NCBI GenBank assembly: GCA_965218695.1
Contig: OZ244651.1
Span: 1,248,001 to 1,312,000 of the forward strand
Length of the DNA stretch: 64,000 nucleotides
From: Nitrosopumilus sp.
Lineage (GTDB): Archaea; Thermoproteota; Nitrososphaeria; Nitrososphaerales; Nitrosopumilaceae
Direction of reading: 5' to 3'
Both the position numbers and the translations under genes were made by a program. Position 1 is the stretch's first letter. Each line of letters begins with the position of its first letter. Under the pieces are notes generated by a model. The model saw only the letters and a list, made by a program, of their open reading frames with translations. It did no database searches and had not been told where the DNA came from. This document shows, piece after piece, positions 50,780 through 59,475 of this stretch.

Positions 50780-51552
50780 ACCTTTGTTACCTCGAGTCCG
50801 GTATTCTTGAGCATCTCAAAAACCTTTTGCTTGTATCCGCCAAGCCCCTTCCAGTCCAGCAGGGCAGTCTCTGCCATGCTGTTTCGCGCAAGGATGTGTG
50901 ACAGGAGGTCCTCGTCAAGGTGCTCAAGGGCATGCTTTGGAACCACGGTTCCAAGCGCGTGCCTTCCATCGAGAATCTCTTCTGTAAATTTTACAGAATA
51001 GTGCGTTCCTCCAAAACAGACTGCCACGGGGTATTGCGGGATGGGATGCGACATTACCTGATGGACCAGTGCGGCGACAGAGTTGCACAGCGAGACGTCG
51101 TTCCACTGGAGTTTTGTGGTTCCCACCTCGATGAATATGGCCGGCCTGTTCAGCGCGGTGGGCCCGTGGTGCGTCGCCTCTATGGTGATCTCAAAGCCGG
51201 GAAATCTGGTCCGGTTCTGCTGCAGGGTCTGAAGATACGTCTTTTGAAGATGCGGGTGCGGGATTGCAACCTCTCCCTGCCGTCCCCCGTACAGTGCCTC
51301 TGCAAAGTTTCCCGTACTGTGGCATGTAAGTGCAGGCACTCCTGCCTCCGAGGCGTGCTTTGAGAGGAACACAAACCCGTCATAGCTGTATCTCTCCTCC
51401 AGCCAGTCTGCAGATATGGCAGGCGTTGGAATTACCAGCAGGTCATAGTACCCTCCACAGAAGACATCTCCCTTCTTTGTCATGCTGCCTGCAAGAAACC
51501 TTGCCATGTTGTGGCCTGCGGGGTCGTCCTTGTATGCTACCAGCAACTCCAT
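50776..51552 (-). CDS. dtdA: D-aminoacyl-tRNA deacylase (DTD2/GEK1 type)
   Basis: SKH, H.TGN, EATHHGPT, FIEVG, GGTHY. Confidence 0.9.
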   Translation of the reverse strand: MELLVAYKDDPAGHNMARFLAGSMTKKGDVFCGGYYDLLVIPTPAISADWLEERYSYDGFVFLSKHASEAGVPALTCHSTGNFAEALYGGRQGEVAIPHPHLQKTYLQTLQQNRTRFPGFEITIEATHHGPTALNRPAIFIEVGTTKLQWNDVSLCNSVAALVHQVMSHPIPQYPVAVCFGGTHYSVKFTEEILDGRHALGTVVPKHALEHLDEDLLSHILARNSMAETALLDWKGLGGYKQKVFEMLKNTGLEVTKV

Positions 51553-51591
51553 TAGCTAAGAGATATAAGGCAACCCTATTAATTTCCACCA

Positions 51592-51765
51592 ATGAACCCT
51601 AGGTATACTTTAAAGAACATGCTCAACACCATGAAGATGGCCAAGAAGCCTGACAAGGATGAGTACCAGCAGCATCTCAGACTGGTTCTGCTGGGAATAG
51701 CAGGCGTTGGAACCATCGGATTTATCATCCAGTTCGTCTTTTCCGTGATTACATTTGGTGGGTAG
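51592..51765 (+). CDS. secE: Protein translocase subunit SecE/Sec61-gamma (below ORF-track cutoff)
   Basis: Manual translation MNPRYTLKNMLNTMKMAKKPDKDEYQQHLRLVLLGIAGVGTIGFIIQFVFSVITFGG; KP...EY + TM helix; directly upstream of spt5. Confidence 0.9.
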   Translation: MNPRYTLKNMLNTMKMAKKPDKDEYQQHLRLVLLGIAGVGTIGFIIQFVFSVITFGG

Positions 51766-51767
51766 AA

Positions 51768-52226
51768 TTGTCCGAAGAGATAAAATCACATCTGTTTGCA
51801 ATACGAACCACCGGGGGTCAGGAGAAGGTGGTGATGAGGCTGCTGGAGGCAAAGGCCAAGTCAAACAAGATAAACATCCAGTCCGTACTGCTGGTTGACA
51901 ACCTAAAGGGGTATGTGGTTATTGAGGCAATCAATCCAAGTGATGCATACATGGCAGTAGAGGGAGTCAGGCATATCCGGGGTCAGCTGAGAGGCGAACT
52001 GGAGTTCAAGGACATTGAAGGATACCTGATAAAGAGGTCAACTGTATCCCAGCTGGCCATAGACAACATCGTGGAGATCACCGGAGGGCCGTTCAAGGGA
52101 ATGAAGGCCACCATTACCAGGATAGACGTGGAGAAGGAGGAGGCCACCGTGGTGTTGCTGGATGCCTCGTATCAGTTGCCTGTTACCGTGGATGCAAACT
52201 ATCTGAAACTTTCAAGTGAGGCTTAG
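51768..52226 (+). CDS. spt5: Transcription elongation factor Spt5/NusG
   Basis: GQE..V, LKGYVVIEA, KOW motif VEITGGPFKG. Confidence 0.95.
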   Translation: MSEEIKSHLFAIRTTGGQEKVVMRLLEAKAKSNKINIQSVLLVDNLKGYVVIEAINPSDAYMAVEGVRHIRGQLRGELEFKDIEGYLIKRSTVSQLAIDNIVEITGGPFKGMKATITRIDVEKEEATVVLLDASYQLPVTVDANYLKLSSEA

Positions 52227-52261
52227 CAAGGATTAAATTTTTCATACTGGGATGAACTGAC

Positions 52262-52741
52262 ATGGGAGAACAAAAAATAGAATCATTGGTGACCGGCGGA
52301 GCAGCGTCTGCGGGTCCGCCCCTGGGCCCGGCACTGGGCCCATTGGGAGTCAACATCATGCAGGTCATCAAGGCAATCAACGACAAGACCAAGGACTTTG
52401 AGGGAATGAAGGTTCCGGTCGCCGTGATCGTGGACGGTGACACCAAGGAGTACAGAATCGAGGTAGGGATTCCCTCGGCTGCAGCCCTCATCATGAAGGA
52501 TGCAGGAATTCAAAAGGGCTCCGGAACATCGGGCACAGAGTGGGTAGGAGACGTAACCATGGACTCCATAATCAAGGTGGCAAACACGAAACTTGAAAAG
52601 TCATATGCCTCGTCGCTAAAGTCCGTTGCAAAGACTGTCATTGGTACGTGCCTCAGCCTGGGGATAAGGGTGGAGGGAATGACTCCAAAAGAGATCACCG
52701 CCGAGATCAACGCAGGCAAGTGGGACGCAAAGTTCCAATAG
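52262..52741 (+). CDS. rpl11: 50S ribosomal protein L11
   Basis: GPPLGPALGPLG, GTCLSLG. Confidence 0.96.
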   Translation: MGEQKIESLVTGGAASAGPPLGPALGPLGVNIMQVIKAINDKTKDFEGMKVPVAVIVDGDTKEYRIEVGIPSAAALIMKDAGIQKGSGTSGTEWVGDVTMDSIIKVANTKLEKSYASSLKSVAKTVIGTCLSLGIRVEGMTPKEITAEINAGKWDAKFQ

Positions 52742-53197
52742 CTACCGAATCAGGTAAAACGGATCCTTGTCGGTCTTTTGCAGCTCTACAAACGTCTCGG
52801 TGTTGTAGATGCCCGGGATCCTTCCAATCTTTTCAATGACTATGGTGTGCAGGGTGCTCAGATCCTTTGCATAAACTTGAATTATCATGTCAAACCTTCC
52901 TGTAACCTCTGATATCGATACCACCTCGTCGGTATTCATGAGGCTGCCATGTATCGTATTCTTGAGCTTGGGATCGCGGTTGATTCCAACCGAGGCCTTG
53001 ACGCTTATTCCGAGGAGGGCATCGTCTATCTCGATGGTGAACTTCTTGATCAGTCCGTTCTTGGTCATCCTCTTGATCCGGCTGTACAGGACCGATGCGT
53101 TGATCCCCATCTTTTTGGACAGGATTGGAATCGAGACGGAGCCGTCCTGCACCAACTCGTAAAGCAGCGTTATGTCCAGTTCGTCGAATTTGGGCAT
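52742..53197 (-). CDS. Lrp/AsnC-family transcriptional regulator
   Basis: MPKFDELDI.LL..L..DG HTH, EVTGRFD; start moved to 53197. Confidence 0.9.
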   Translation of the reverse strand: MPKFDELDITLLYELVQDGSVSIPILSKKMGINASVLYSRIKRMTKNGLIKKFTIEIDDALLGISVKASVGINRDPKLKNTIHGSLMNTDEVVSISEVTGRFDMIIQVYAKDLSTLHTIVIEKIGRIPGIYNTETFVELQKTDKDPFYLIR

Positions 53198-53290
53198 GTT
53201 GCCTGAAAATTCTCTGGTAGACTTAATATGTGTAGGTTTTGGGATGTATCTGACAGGAATTATAGGCATTCCTCCTAAAAGGTGTAATTT

Positions 53291-55054
53291 GTAATTGTTT
53301 CGCTTTTTGAAGTAACCGGATGGCCTAGCGGACATCCATGGTACCGGGAATGAATCTAATAATTTCGTACTCGGGATGACAAAGTTAGACCATCGCGATC
53401 CAAGTACGAGTGGGTGCCAGTCCCTTCGATCTTTGGAAATGAAGGAACCAGCACGCCGAACATGCTTGGAGGCGGAGGAATTTAAGGCAATGCACGAACA
53501 CTCCTTGCCGCAAATCCCGCTGGATGCCGGGGCGTGCATGGAACCAGGGTGCAGGTGCTGCCTGCACTGGGCAAAAATGTTCGGCGACGTGCTAGGCCCA
53601 ACCCGCAAGATCCTGGAGGCAGCCTGCGAAATTGCAGGCGAGTCGGGCGCAGACTGGAAGGAGGCCGGGCGCCTGCAGGCGCTCGTCTCGTCCCTCACAG
53701 AGGACAACAAGAGGTACGCCAAGACAAACAGGGATCTCAACGCCAAGGCAAACGGGATCAGCGTCCCCGCGCCCAAGAAGAAGGCCGGTCAGGGAAAGAA
53801 GGCCGCCGGCAGGCCCAAGGGGCAGAAACCCACCGTCAACTGCAGGCCAAAGCGCGTGGACCGCGTCGAGGAGATCGACTGCAAGGAGTGCCCCGACTGC
53901 GGCGGCGGGCTCTCTGGGAGGGTGACTGCCGAGTACGATCGCATCGTGACTGTCATGCGCGTCCTGTTGGAGAACGTCAGGTACGTCATCAAGCGGCGCT
54001 GGTGCCGCGTGTGCAAAAGACAGGTCTCCGGGAGGGTTCCCGGCGCGGCAAAACACGCGCGCCGTTCATCAAACTTTGACGCGGTCATGACGTCCCTGAA
54101 CATGAATGGCATGTCGCATGCCAGGACCGCAGAATTTGGCGGCGACGCGTTGGGGCACGTAACCTCGCGCTCGTCTGCCTACCGCGGCAAGATCAGGCAG
54201 GCCGGGCGCATGGCGCCGGAACGCGATTCGGTAAGGGAGCGCGTGCTGGAGGCGCCACACCTGAACGTAGACGAGTTTCACTGGCCGCTGGGCGGCAAGC
54301 GCGGCTACGGGATAGTGGCTCTGGCAAAAAATCACTGCCTCGTGGAGGTGGCCGACTCGCGGGACATCAAGACGCTCCGCCAGACGCTCCCGGGCTACCG
54401 GGGAACCATAACGCAGGACTCGTATCCCGGGTGGCTCCACGTGGGATCGTGCCGCCAGATGTGCGTGTGGCACCAGGAACGCCTGGTGCAAAAGGACGTC
54501 CTGACCAACCCCGGGGGTGACGTTCCGGCGTTTCTGGACAGGCTGTCGGCAATCCACATGAAGATTTACCGCGCCTCCAGGATCAAGGACCGGCACCCAA
54601 GGATCGTCGCTGCCCGCTGCATAGACGCGGAGCTGCGCGAGCTGATGAACGAACCGTTTGCAGGCGACGGGGACGGCACCATCGCCCGGCACAAGAAGAG
54701 GTACCCGCGGGAGGGATATTTCATGACCACCTGCCTGCACGTGGACGGCATCGAGCCTGACAACAACGCAGTCGAGAGGGCCAACCGGAGGTTCGTGGCC
54801 GTAAGGAGCGACGGGGGCGGGAACCGCTCCAGGAAGGGCATGGATGCCAACTCGATCCTGTTCACGCTGCTGGCAACTGACAGGATCAACAAGGACAGCT
54901 TCTTTGATCACCTGGTCCGCTCGTCTTCCGGGGACGGATGAGGCGCCGTCCGACGGCACGTGCAGTGCGTCACGGGGAAAAAGAGTCCACGGTAAGGGGA
55001 AGGCTGCACCCGCTCCGCTGCCAAGCAGCCCACTTCAAAAAGCGAAACTATTAC
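53291..55054 (+). mobile_element. IS66-family insertion sequence, single-ORF type, 1764 bp
   Basis: TIR GTAATTGTTTCGCTTTTTGAAGT (22/23); 8-bp TSD TGTAATTT (53283-53290, 55055-55062). Confidence 0.93.
53376..54941 (+). CDS. IS66-family transposase (TnpC-like)
   Basis: Coiled coil, CPDCG/CRVC zinc finger, VDE, QD.Y, Q.C.WH, DNNAVER. Confidence 0.9.
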   Translation: MTKLDHRDPSTSGCQSLRSLEMKEPARRTCLEAEEFKAMHEHSLPQIPLDAGACMEPGCRCCLHWAKMFGDVLGPTRKILEAACEIAGESGADWKEAGRLQALVSSLTEDNKRYAKTNRDLNAKANGISVPAPKKKAGQGKKAAGRPKGQKPTVNCRPKRVDRVEEIDCKECPDCGGGLSGRVTAEYDRIVTVMRVLLENVRYVIKRRWCRVCKRQVSGRVPGAAKHARRSSNFDAVMTSLNMNGMSHARTAEFGGDALGHVTSRSSAYRGKIRQAGRMAPERDSVRERVLEAPHLNVDEFHWPLGGKRGYGIVALAKNHCLVEVADSRDIKTLRQTLPGYRGTITQDSYPGWLHVGSCRQMCVWHQERLVQKDVLTNPGGDVPAFLDRLSAIHMKIYRASRIKDRHPRIVAARCIDAELRELMNEPFAGDGDGTIARHKKRYPREGYFMTTCLHVDGIEPDNNAVERANRRFVAVRSDGGGNRSRKGMDANSILFTLLATDRINKDSFFDHLVRSSSGDG

Positions 55055-55286
55055 TGTAATTTTTCAAAACCGCATACAGAAAAGATCCGATGCCCGGCAC
55101 CGCGATGCCAGTGTATGGCACCACGTGGCCGACGGGTGATGCATGACCTGCGTCACTTGAGTCACGTATACCCTCAGGCCCCTCCAAATAATTTAGGCCG
55201 TGATTGCTGTTGCGGGTATTTCTTCTTCACATGGGGGCGGTTTAATCTTAACGATTTTAAGTAGGCTACCTAGAAAGCACACCGTA

Positions 55287-55949
55287 ATGATTACAGAGTC
55301 ACAGCTTACAGAGATTATAAAGGAGGCCAAGAGTGCAGGCAAGCCAAGAGGGTTCAAGCAGTCCGTGGAACTGATTGTAAACTTTAAGGATATTGACGTA
55401 AAGAAGGGGTTTGCCATAAACGAGGTGGTGCAGCTTCCGAAGAACATCTCCCCGTCGACTGTATGCGTCATGGCCACAGGAGACATGGGCCAGAAGGCAA
55501 AGCAGGCCAACGCAGACGCGGTTGTGGGGACAGAGGATCTGGATCGGTTTGCCATAAACAAGAGGGAGTCAAGAAAGTTCATCAACAAGTACGACTTTTT
55601 TCTGGCAGACACCAAGGTCATGCCGACTGTGGGAAAGACCCTTGGTCAGCTGCTAGGACCCAGGGGAAAGATGCCGACGCCTGTTCCATTCAATGCCCCG
55701 ATCGAGTCATTCCTTCAGAGGTTCCGCACGTCAATCAAGATAAGGACGAGGGCGTCACTGTCACTATCGTGCAAGATTGGCGACGAGACTATGGATGATG
55801 CGGATCTGGCAGTCAACGCGCATGCAATTCTTGGCGCAATAGAAAAGAAGCTGCCAAACGGCGAGAGAAACATCAAGAGGGTCATGGTAAAGACCACCAT
55901 GGGCAGTCCCGTAAAACAGATGCAGGAGATCAAGAAGAGACATGCATGA
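55287..55949 (+). CDS. rpl1: 50S ribosomal protein L1
   Basis: FKQSVEL, LGPRGKMP, KTTMG. Confidence 0.95.
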   Translation: MITESQLTEIIKEAKSAGKPRGFKQSVELIVNFKDIDVKKGFAINEVVQLPKNISPSTVCVMATGDMGQKAKQANADAVVGTEDLDRFAINKRESRKFINKYDFFLADTKVMPTVGKTLGQLLGPRGKMPTPVPFNAPIESFLQRFRTSIKIRTRASLSLSCKIGDETMDDADLAVNAHAILGAIEKKLPNGERNIKRVMVKTTMGSPVKQMQEIKKRHA

Positions 55950-56808
55950 GAACCGGACGACCTATCCGGCAAAAAAGACCCGGATATATCAGCAGCTGCA
56001 GAGCCTTCCCAGCAGATACAGGGTCATGGCCCTTGTCAGGATGGAGAAGGTACGCTCCACGCAGATCCTGCCGCTGCGAAAGACTCTCAAGGATGATGTC
56101 GAGTTTGTAAGCATCAAGGACAAGATCGCACAAAAGGCGCTCAGGGCGCTTGACGTTCTTGGAATTGCCGACATGGCCGACGAGCTCACCGGACAGTGCA
56201 TGTTCCTCCTTACCAACATGTCCCCGTTCAAGCTCAACATACTGCTGGCCAAGAACAGAATGATGATGGCAGCAAGGGGAGGCGATGTTGCTAGCATCGA
56301 TGTGGTCGTGCCCGCAAAGAATACCGGAATCGCCCCAGGCCCGATGCTGACAGAGTTCAAGGACGCAGGAATTCCAACCAAGATCGATCAGGGGACCATC
56401 TGGATTGCAAAGGACAGCACGCCTGTTCTCAAGGGTGAGGTGATCAACGAGAAACTAGCCTCGATTCTGGGCAAGCTGGACATCAAGCCCATTGAGGCCG
56501 GAATATCACTTTATGCTGCATTCGAGGACGGCTCCAAGTACTCAAAAGACGATCTTGTAGTGGATGTTGAGGAGGTGCAAGACGAACTGGTGCGGGCATA
56601 CCATGAGGCAGTCTCGCTTTCAGTCGAGGCATCATACGTTACTCCTGAAAACGTCTCTCAGATACTTGGACGTGCCGCACAGCATGCGCGCTCACTGTCT
56701 GTAGAGTCCGGCTTTATGACAGATCAGACAAAACAGGAGATCCTTCAAAGGGCTCATTCCAGGGCAAGATCTCTGGCAGACCAGACCGACAACTATACTC
56801 CGGGATAA
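55942..56808 (+). CDS. rpl10: 50S ribosomal protein L10 (P0)
   Basis: TN.SPF.L, A..DVVVPA.NTG..PGP, GIPTKI..G.I. Confidence 0.95.
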   Translation: MHENRTTYPAKKTRIYQQLQSLPSRYRVMALVRMEKVRSTQILPLRKTLKDDVEFVSIKDKIAQKALRALDVLGIADMADELTGQCMFLLTNMSPFKLNILLAKNRMMMAARGGDVASIDVVVPAKNTGIAPGPMLTEFKDAGIPTKIDQGTIWIAKDSTPVLKGEVINEKLASILGKLDIKPIEAGISLYAAFEDGSKYSKDDLVVDVEEVQDELVRAYHEAVSLSVEASYVTPENVSQILGRAAQHARSLSVESGFMTDQTKQEILQRAHSRARSLADQTDNYTPG

Positions 56809-56991
56809 TATCATGATGACCGGATTCGTCTCCGGGAGCAGTAGCAACAGCAGCTAAACCCGGCACGGGGTTCGGCATAAACGACCCCTGATATCCGTTG
56901 GCAACTGCCGCTGCTGCCGCTGGACTAATTGGGAAATGATTACGGACAACCGACCATAAAATAAAACAATATTCAAAGGTTGGAGGTTGGT

Positions 56992-57300
56992 CTAACCAAA
57001 CAGGGAAGACAGTCCTTCCATGGCTGCTTCCTCGGTCTTGCCTACATCCTTGGGCTCCTCTTCCTTCTTGGCTTCAGTCTCTTCTACATCTGCTGGTGCT
57101 GCCGCCGCCGTTGCTGCAACTGCGACAGGCGCAGCCTTTACTGCCTCGTCAATGTTTACATCGGCCAATGCTGCAACAAGTGCCTTGACTTGAGTCTCAT
57201 TGACTTCTGCACCTGATGCCTTTACTACCGAACTGATGTTTTCTTCGTTGACATTCTTGTTCAGCTTGTGAAGAAGCAGAGCTGCGTAAACGTATTCCAT
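56992..57300 (-). CDS. rpl12: 50S ribosomal protein L12 (P1)
   Basis: [11 protein letters not shown], Ala-rich hinge, GLSSLFG. Confidence 0.96.
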   Translation of the reverse strand: MEYVYAALLLHKLNKNVNEENISSVVKASGAEVNETQVKALVAALADVNIDEAVKAAPVAVAATAAAAPADVEETEAKKEEEPKDVGKTEEAAMEGLSSLFG

Positions 57301-57389
57301 GAAACCCGAACCCGACAGACATAATATAAAACTATGGAGATTTTCTTGGTAACCATCTGGGTTTGATATCTGCAACATTGGAATCGGGC

Positions 57390-57701
57390 GTAACTGGCCA
57401 CCTGCTTTTTTTATACGCACTGATCCGCGCCTGAAAAATTTACCGGGACATGCTTCCGTTTAGATCGTGGTGTCTAAAAACCGCCACATGCGCAGATCCA
57501 ACCTAGCTCGGGGAGTTTAGAAGACTGGCCGCAGGGAATGAAAGGTTCAGGACCAGGGTGAAAAAATTAGAGGCCGAGCTGGTTGCAGAGGGACCAAGCC
57601 TGCACGTAAAAGAGATTGTCTGGAATTGGGGATGGCATGGCGCGATAGAAAAATGGGAAGGTATGAAAACACACACTCTCCACCGCCATCGCCTGCCGAT
57701 T
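57390..57701 (+). pseudogene. Degenerate IS66-like relic
   Basis: GTAACTGG end-like sequence at 57390; start-less frame LGEFRRLAAGNERFRTRVKKLEAELVAEGPSLHVKEIVW resembles the coiled coil and EAPHLNVDEFHW of the IS66 transposase in this window. Confidence 0.45.
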
Positions 57702-57762
57702 GTAACTGGTTAGGTTCACGACTGGATTTTGAGGTCAACAGACAGCGAACCTAACCTTTTAC
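57702..57762. mobile_element. 61-bp MITE with IS66-type ends
   Basis: GTAACTGGTTAGGTTC...GAACCTAACCTTTTAC (14/16 IR); direct repeat CTGCCGATT at 57693-57701 and 57763-57771. Confidence 0.75.
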
Positions 57763-57885
57763 CTGCCGATTCCCCGTAAGAGATAATAAGGAAACTTGAT
57801 TCGAATCGAAATATCTCATGATCAGACTTGGGCCCAAAATGATCATCCATGGGGGCGTAATCCCCTGACCAATATACAGGGCACC

Positions 57886-59475
57886 ATGGTTACTGACAGG
57901 TTCTCAGCCCAACTGGCAGAATTTGGAATCAGGCCATCCAAGGTTCACCGCAATCTGGCCGTAGAGGACATGGTGAATATGGCAACCGAGAGGGGAGAGG
58001 CTGTGACAAGCACGGCAGGCGCCATCTCCGTAAATACCGGCAAGTACACCGGACGATCGCCTGACGACCGCTTTATCGTGTATGATGATGTGACTCGCGA
58101 TACGGTTGACTGGGGAAAGATCAACCACAAGTTTCCAAGCGACATGTTCGGCATGATTCTTGAAAAGATGAAAAAATTTGTAGACGGCAGGGAGCTCTTT
58201 GTCTTTGACGGCTTTGTGGGCGCAGATCCAAAAAACCGCCTGCCGATCCGTGTCATCAACGACCATGTCTGGCAGAGCCTCTTCTCCAGAAACCTGTTCA
58301 TCAGACCGACAGACGAGGAACTGAAGCGGCACGAGCCCGAATTTACCGTCATGTGCATCAACGACTTCAAGGCCATCCCGGAGGTTGACGGAACCCGGAC
58401 TGACGTCTTCATACTGGTTGATCTGACCAGGAAGATTGTTCTCATCGGCGGCACTGCGTATGCCGGGGAGATAAAAAAATCCATGTTTACCGTGATGAAC
58501 TTTCTCCTGCCTGAGCGTGGCGTCTTTCCGATGCACTGCTCTGCAAACATAGGGACTGACGGAGACACCGTACTGTTCTTCGGACTGTCAGGCACCGGCA
58601 AGACCACGCTGTCCACCGATCCCAACAGGAGGCTTGTGGGTGATGACGAGCACGGCTGGTCTGATAACGGCACATTCAACTTCGAGGGGGGATGCTATGC
58701 AAAATGCATCCGCCTGAGCCAGGAGGCAGAGCCTGAGATATGGAATGCCATCCGGGACGGCTCGGTTCTTGAAAATGTCGTACTGAATAACGGCGTGTCA
58801 GACTATGATGATGACAGTCTTACCGAGAATACCCGGGTCGCATACCCGCTCCACTACATCCCGGGTGCGGTAACTCCAAGCGTGGCGGGAAACCCAAAGA
58901 TTATAGTATTTCTGACTGCCGATGCCCTGGGGGTGCTGCCTCCAGTATCCAGGCTGACAAGGGAGGGAGCCATGTACCACTTTATGTCCGGGTATACCAG
59001 CAAGCTTGCAGGAACCGAGAGGGGCATCAAGGAGCCCAAATTCGTATTCTCGGAGTGCTTTGGGGCCCCATTCATGCCCAGGCCAGCATCCGTATACGCA
59101 AGGCTGCTGGGAAAAAAGATCAACGAACATAACGCAGTCGTCTATCTTGTAAACACCGGCTGGTCGGGCGGGCCGTACGGGACGGGCAAAAGAATCTCAA
59201 TCAAGTACAGCCGTGCAATGGTTACCGCTGCGCTGTCTGGAGCACTTGACGATGCAGAGTACAGGCACGATGACCTGTTCAACTTGGACATCCCCGTACG
59301 CGTCGATGGCGTCCCGTCCGAGATTCTAAACCCCATGAACACTTGGGATGACAAGGAGCTGTACCTGGCCTCGGCCAAGCGGCTTGCAGAGATGTTTGTT
59401 ACAAACTTTAAACAGTTCGAGGACGTCTCGTCAAAGATTGCAGATGCGGGCCCTAACCTTTCATCGCAGCAGTAG
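57886..59475 (+). CDS. pckA: Phosphoenolpyruvate carboxykinase (ATP)
   Basis: TGRSP.D, YAGEIKK, FFGLSGTGKTTLS, GDDEHGW, NFEGGCYAK. Confidence 0.96.
   Translation: MVTDRFSAQLAEFGIRPSKVHRNLAVEDMVNMATERGEAVTSTAGAISVNTGKYTGRSPDDRFIVYDDVTRDTVDWGKINHKFPSDMFGMILEKMKKFVDGRELFVFDGFVGADPKNRLPIRVINDHVWQSLFSRNLFIRPTDEELKRHEPEFTVMCINDFKAIPEVDGTRTDVFILVDLTRKIVLIGGTAYAGEIKKSMFTVMNFLLPERGVFPMHCSANIGTDGDTVLFFGLSGTGKTTLSTDPNRRLVGDDEHGWSDNGTFNFEGGCYAKCIRLSQEAEPEIWNAIRDGSVLENVVLNNGVSDYDDDSLTENTRVAYPLHYIPGAVTPSVAGNPKIIVFLTADALGVLPPVSRLTREGAMYHFMSGYTSKLAGTERGIKEPKFVFSECFGAPFMPRPASVYARLLGKKINEHNAVVYLVNTGWSGGPYGTGKRISIKYSRAMVTAALSGALDDAEYRHDDLFNLDIPVRVDGVPSEILNPMNTWDDKELYLASAKRLAEMFVTNFKQFEDVSSKIADAGPNLSSQQ

Noticed and set aside
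52742-53776. 344-aa Lrp-transposon fusion ORF
   Set aside because: The extension runs antisense through the IS66 end; the real Lrp starts at 53197 with its own TATA-like box
56838-56855. GCAGTAGCAACAGCAGCT matching 39247-39264 (17/18)
   Set aside because: Low-complexity GCA-rich sequence; a chance match cannot be excluded
57400-57790. SRP RNA, RNase P RNA or H/ACA guide RNA
   Set aside because: Diagnostic motifs not found; the hairpin is better explained by TIR + TSD of a MITE
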